NCBI GenBank assembly: GCA_963708135.1
Contig: OY970192.1
Coordinates: forward strand, 4,576,001 to 4,640,000
Length of the DNA stretch: 64,000 bases
Direction of reading: 5' to 3'
Source of the DNA: an uncultured Gemmatimonadales bacterium
GTDB lineage: Bacteria > Gemmatimonadota > Gemmatimonadetes > Longimicrobiales > RSA9
In this document: positions 60,986 to 64,000 of the stretch, piece by piece
Position numbering within the stretch: the stretch's first letter is position 1
Layout: the number at the start of each line of letters is the position of its first letter
Position numbers and translations under genes: made by a program
The notes under the pieces: generated by a model
Seen by the model: only the letters and a program-made list of their open reading frames with translations
Database searches by the model: none
What the model was told of the DNA's origin: nothing

Positions 60986-63900
60986 ATGCAATCATTCGAT
61001 TCGCGACGCGGGGGCCTCCGCCTGGCGTTCCGCAGGCCAAGGCGGACTTCCCCGGGAACGTCCACGCGGCTGCGGTCGTCGCTCCTCGGACTGTCCATGC
61101 TGCTTTTGCCCCTCTCGACCGCCACGGCGCAGGGCACCAGGCTCCTGCGGCGCCCGACCGTGAGCCGTGACATGGTCGCGTTCGAATACGGCGGCGACCT
61201 GTGGGTGGTGCCGCGCGCCGGCGGGACGGCGCGCCGGCTCACGAGCACGCCGTCGGTGGAGTCGGATCCGCAGTTCTCGCCGGACGGGTCGCTGATCGCG
61301 TACACCGCGACGGTGGCGGACAATGCGGACGTGTACGTGGTCCCTGCCTCCGGCGGCGCGCCGAAGCGCCTGACGTACCACCCGGGTGGGGATTTCGTGC
61401 GCGGGTGGAGCCGGGACGGGAAGAGCATCGTGTTCGGCTCCACGCGCGGCACCGTGCCGACGCCGGGCGCGAACTCCTACCTCCGTCTCTGGACGATCCC
61501 GGCGGACGGCGGCATGCCGGAGGTCCTGCCCATGCCGCGGGCGTTTGCCGGCACGTACTCGCCGGACGGGCGGCGCATGGCCTATCAGCCGCTGGGCGTG
61601 GCCTTCTTCGCGGCCAACTGGGCGGAGCCCCAGTACAGCCAGTGGCGGCGCTATCGGGGCGGCCGCACCGAGCCGATCCACGTGATGGATCTGGGCGACT
61701 ACAGCGAGACCACGCTGCCGTGGACCGACAGCAACGACACCGATCCGATGTGGATTGGCGGCTCCGTGTTCTTCCTCTCCGACCGCGACGGCGTGGTCAA
61801 CCTGTACCAGGGCGCTCCGGGCGGTGCCGAGCTGAAACAGCTCACGCACCATCGCAACTACGACATCATGAGCGCATCGGCGGGTCCCGATGCCATCGCG
61901 TACGAGCAGGCCGGCACCATCCACCTGCTGGACGTGGCGACCGGCCGTTCCGAGCAGCTGAACATCGTCGTGTCGGGCGACTTCCCGTGGGCGCAGTCGG
62001 AGCTGAAGAAGGTCGCATCGCTGATCGCCGACGCCTCGCTGTCGCCGACCGGCGCGCGCGCGGCGTTCGAGGCACGCGGAGACATCTACACGGTGGCCGC
62101 CGACGGAAGCGGCTATCGCGACCTCACCCACAGCTCGGGGGCGCACGAGCGCGCCCCCGCCTGGTCGCCCGACGGCACGCACCTGGCCTGGATCGCCGAC
62201 GCGACGGGCGAGGATCAGCTCATGATCGGCGACCAGACGGGCGAGAGCGCGCCGCGCGCGATCGCGCTGCCGTCGAGCGCCTACTTCTCCGCCCCCGTCT
62301 GGTCGCCGGACGCGCGGCACCTCCTGTTCCGGGACAGCCGGGCGGGACTGTGGATCGCCGACGTCGCGACCGGCCACTTCACCACGATCGACACGGACAC
62401 GTACGACGATCCCGGGCGGGGATTCGAGGCGGCGTGGTCGCCGGACTCGCGCTGGGTCGCCTACTCGAAGTCGCTCGACTCCCACATGCGGGCGATCTTC
62501 CTGTACTCGGTTGCCGAGGGCAAGGCGCACCGGATCACGGATGGGCTGGCCGATGCGACGAGTCCGTCGTTCGATGCGGGCGGCAAGTACCTCTACTTCC
62601 TGGCGAGCACCAACTACGCCCTGAGCAGCGGCTGGCTGGACATGAGCGCCATGGAGCGCCCGGTTCGCCGCAGCATCTACCTGGTGGTGCTCGGCGCGCA
62701 CGAGCCATCGCCTCTGCTGCCGGCTCCGAGCGAAGAGCCCGCCCGGGCCGTCGGTGCAGAGGACACGGCCGCCGCGGAGACGCGAGCGACGCCACACGTC
62801 GCGCCGGCGGCGCGCCCGGCCCGGCGGGCCCCGGCCGCGCCGCCGACGCGCACCGTCATCGATCTCGAGGGCATCCAGCAGCGCATCCTGCCGCTCGCCG
62901 TCCCCGCGGCGGACTATTCCTCGCTCGCCGCCGGCAGCGCGGGAACGTTCTTCTACATCGAGCGGCGCCCGCAGCCGTCGCTCGGCCAACCGCCGACGCA
63001 GCTGTGGGAATTCCAGCTCGCCGCCGGAAAGTCGCGGCCGTTCCTGGAGGGGGTCTCCTCCTATGGGGTCTCCGCGGACGGGAAGGAGCTGCTCTACCAG
63101 GCGGGCCGCAGCCGCTGGGGCATCGTCTCGACCGAGCACCCGGCGAAGCCGGGCGAGGGTACCCTCGCCGTGGACCAGCTCGAGACGGTAGTGGATCCGA
63201 AGGCGGAGTGGGCGGAGATCTTCCGCGAGACCTGGCGGGCGCAGCGCGAGTTCTTCTACGACGCGAAGATGCACGGGAACGACTGGACCGCGATCTACGA
63301 CAAGTACAAGGGGTTCGTCCCGTACGTCGAGCACCGCGCGGACCTGGCCTACCTGATGGCGTCGGTGGGCGGCGAGCTCACGGTGGGGCACTCGTACGTG
63401 GAGGGCGAGGGGGATGTGCCCGACACCGGACACGCGAACGTCGGGCTCCTGGGCGCCGACCTTGCCATCGATCACGGCCGCTATCGCATCCAGCACATCT
63501 ACACGGCCGGCCAGTGGAACCCGCAGCTGCACGGGCCGCTGGACGTGCCGGGGCTCGGGGTCGAGGAGGGCGACTACATCCTCGAGGTCAACGGCCGGGA
63601 GCTCGCGCCGCCGACGAATCCGTACAGCCTCTTCATCGGGACCGCCGGGCGGCCGACCACCCTGCGCGTGGGCCACGGGCCCACGAAGGACGGCTCGCGG
63701 CTGGTGAGCGTGGTACCGATCCCCGACGACGAAGGGCTCAGGACGCAGGCCTGGATCGACGACAACCGCCGGATCGTGGACAAGCTGTCCGGCGGTCGGC
63801 TCGCCTACGTCTGGCTGCCGAACACCTCCGTCGGCGGATACACGGCGTTCAACCGCTACCTCTTCGCGCAGCAGGGCAAGCAGGGCGTGGTCATCGATGA

Positions 63901-64000
63901 GCGCTACAACCAGGGCGGGACCGTGGCGGACTACATCGTGGACCAGCTGTCGCGCAAGCTCATGGGCTTCTTCGCGGAGCGGGCGGGCAACGTCGTCAGC
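60986..64000 (+). CDS. Tricorn protease-like S41 peptidase (3' truncated by window)
   Basis: Open to window end (absent from ORF track): RLLR.P, AF.Y.GDLW, (F/W)SPDG propeller repeats, W.RYRGG, GEL..GH, PDZ-like GLLGAD, IDERYNQGG. Confidence 0.9.
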   Translation, partial: MQSFDSRRGGLRLAFRRPRRTSPGTSTRLRSSLLGLSMLLLPLSTATAQGTRLLRRPTVSRDMVAFEYGGDLWVVPRAGGTARRLTSTPSVESDPQFSPDGSLIAYTATVADNADVYVVPASGGAPKRLTYHPGGDFVRGWSRDGKSIVFGSTRGTVPTPGANSYLRLWTIPADGGMPEVLPMPRAFAGTYSPDGRRMAYQPLGVAFFAANWAEPQYSQWRRYRGGRTEPIHVMDLGDYSETTLPWTDSNDTDPMWIGGSVFFLSDRDGVVNLYQGAPGGAELKQLTHHRNYDIMSASAGPDAIAYEQAGTIHLLDVATGRSEQLNIVVSGDFPWAQSELKKVASLIADASLSPTGARAAFEARGDIYTVAADGSGYRDLTHSSGAHERAPAWSPDGTHLAWIADATGEDQLMIGDQTGESAPRAIALPSSAYFSAPVWSPDARHLLFRDSRAGLWIADVATGHFTTIDTDTYDDPGRGFEAAWSPDSRWVAYSKSLDSHMRAIFLYSVAEGKAHRITDGLADATSPSFDAGGKYLYFLASTNYALSSGWLDMSAMERPVRRSIYLVVLGAHEPSPLLPAPSEEPARAVGAEDTAAAETRATPHVAPAARPARRAPAAPPTRTVIDLEGIQQRILPLAVPAADYSSLAAGSAGTFFYIERRPQPSLGQPPTQLWEFQLAAGKSRPFLEGVSSYGVSADGKELLYQAGRSRWGIVSTEHPAKPGEGTLAVDQLETVVDPKAEWAEIFRETWRAQREFFYDAKMHGNDWTAIYDKYKGFVPYVEHRADLAYLMASVGGELTVGHSYVEGEGDVPDTGHANVGLLGADLAIDHGRYRIQHIYTAGQWNPQLHGPLDVPGLGVEEGDYILEVNGRELAPPTNPYSLFIGTAGRPTTLRVGHGPTKDGSRLVSVVPIPDDEGLRTQAWIDDNRRIVDKLSGGRLAYVWLPNTSVGGYTAFNRYLFAQQGKQGVVIDERYNQGGTVADYIVDQLSRKLMGFFAERAGNVVS

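Overview
Very GC-rich bacterial chromosomal segment, most plausibly Gemmatimonadota. This is an inference from SusC/SusD, alternative complex III, GWxTD, PorV-like and multiple TonB genes in a high-GC background. In order, it carries an amino-acid permease, kup, a tonB-exbB-exbD-exbD-tonB cluster, a complete actABCDEF alternative complex III operon, trmJ and ilvE. An MFS gene plus a secreted-protein gene follow, bracketed by two inverted copies of a CTAG-ended MITE-like repeat. Next come S46 and M20 peptidases, a lytic transglycosylase, hslO/GT9/orphan groES, and an AraC-TPR-lipoprotein-S8 protease-PorV locus with type IX secretion hallmarks. The right half has two acyl-CoA dehydrogenases, a ~300-nt structured minus-strand transcription unit with a perfect Shine-Dalgarno and a 20-aa ORF, a stand-alone HisKA gene, gcvH/gcvP/lipoate ligase, an Opp/Dpp ABC operon, GWxTD, a frameshifted TPR-Slt, a cold-shock gene and SusC-SusD-tricorn protease (truncated by the window end). 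No rRNA, tRNA, CRISPR array or transposase was seen. The best candidates for undescribed biology are: (1) the T9SS-like subtilase locus with its own free-standing propeptide-like lipoprotein, (2) the structured small RNA/sORF at ~39.2-39.5 kb, and (3) the MITE-bracketed 2.2-kb cassette. All calls come from reading motifs by eye; no database searches were run.
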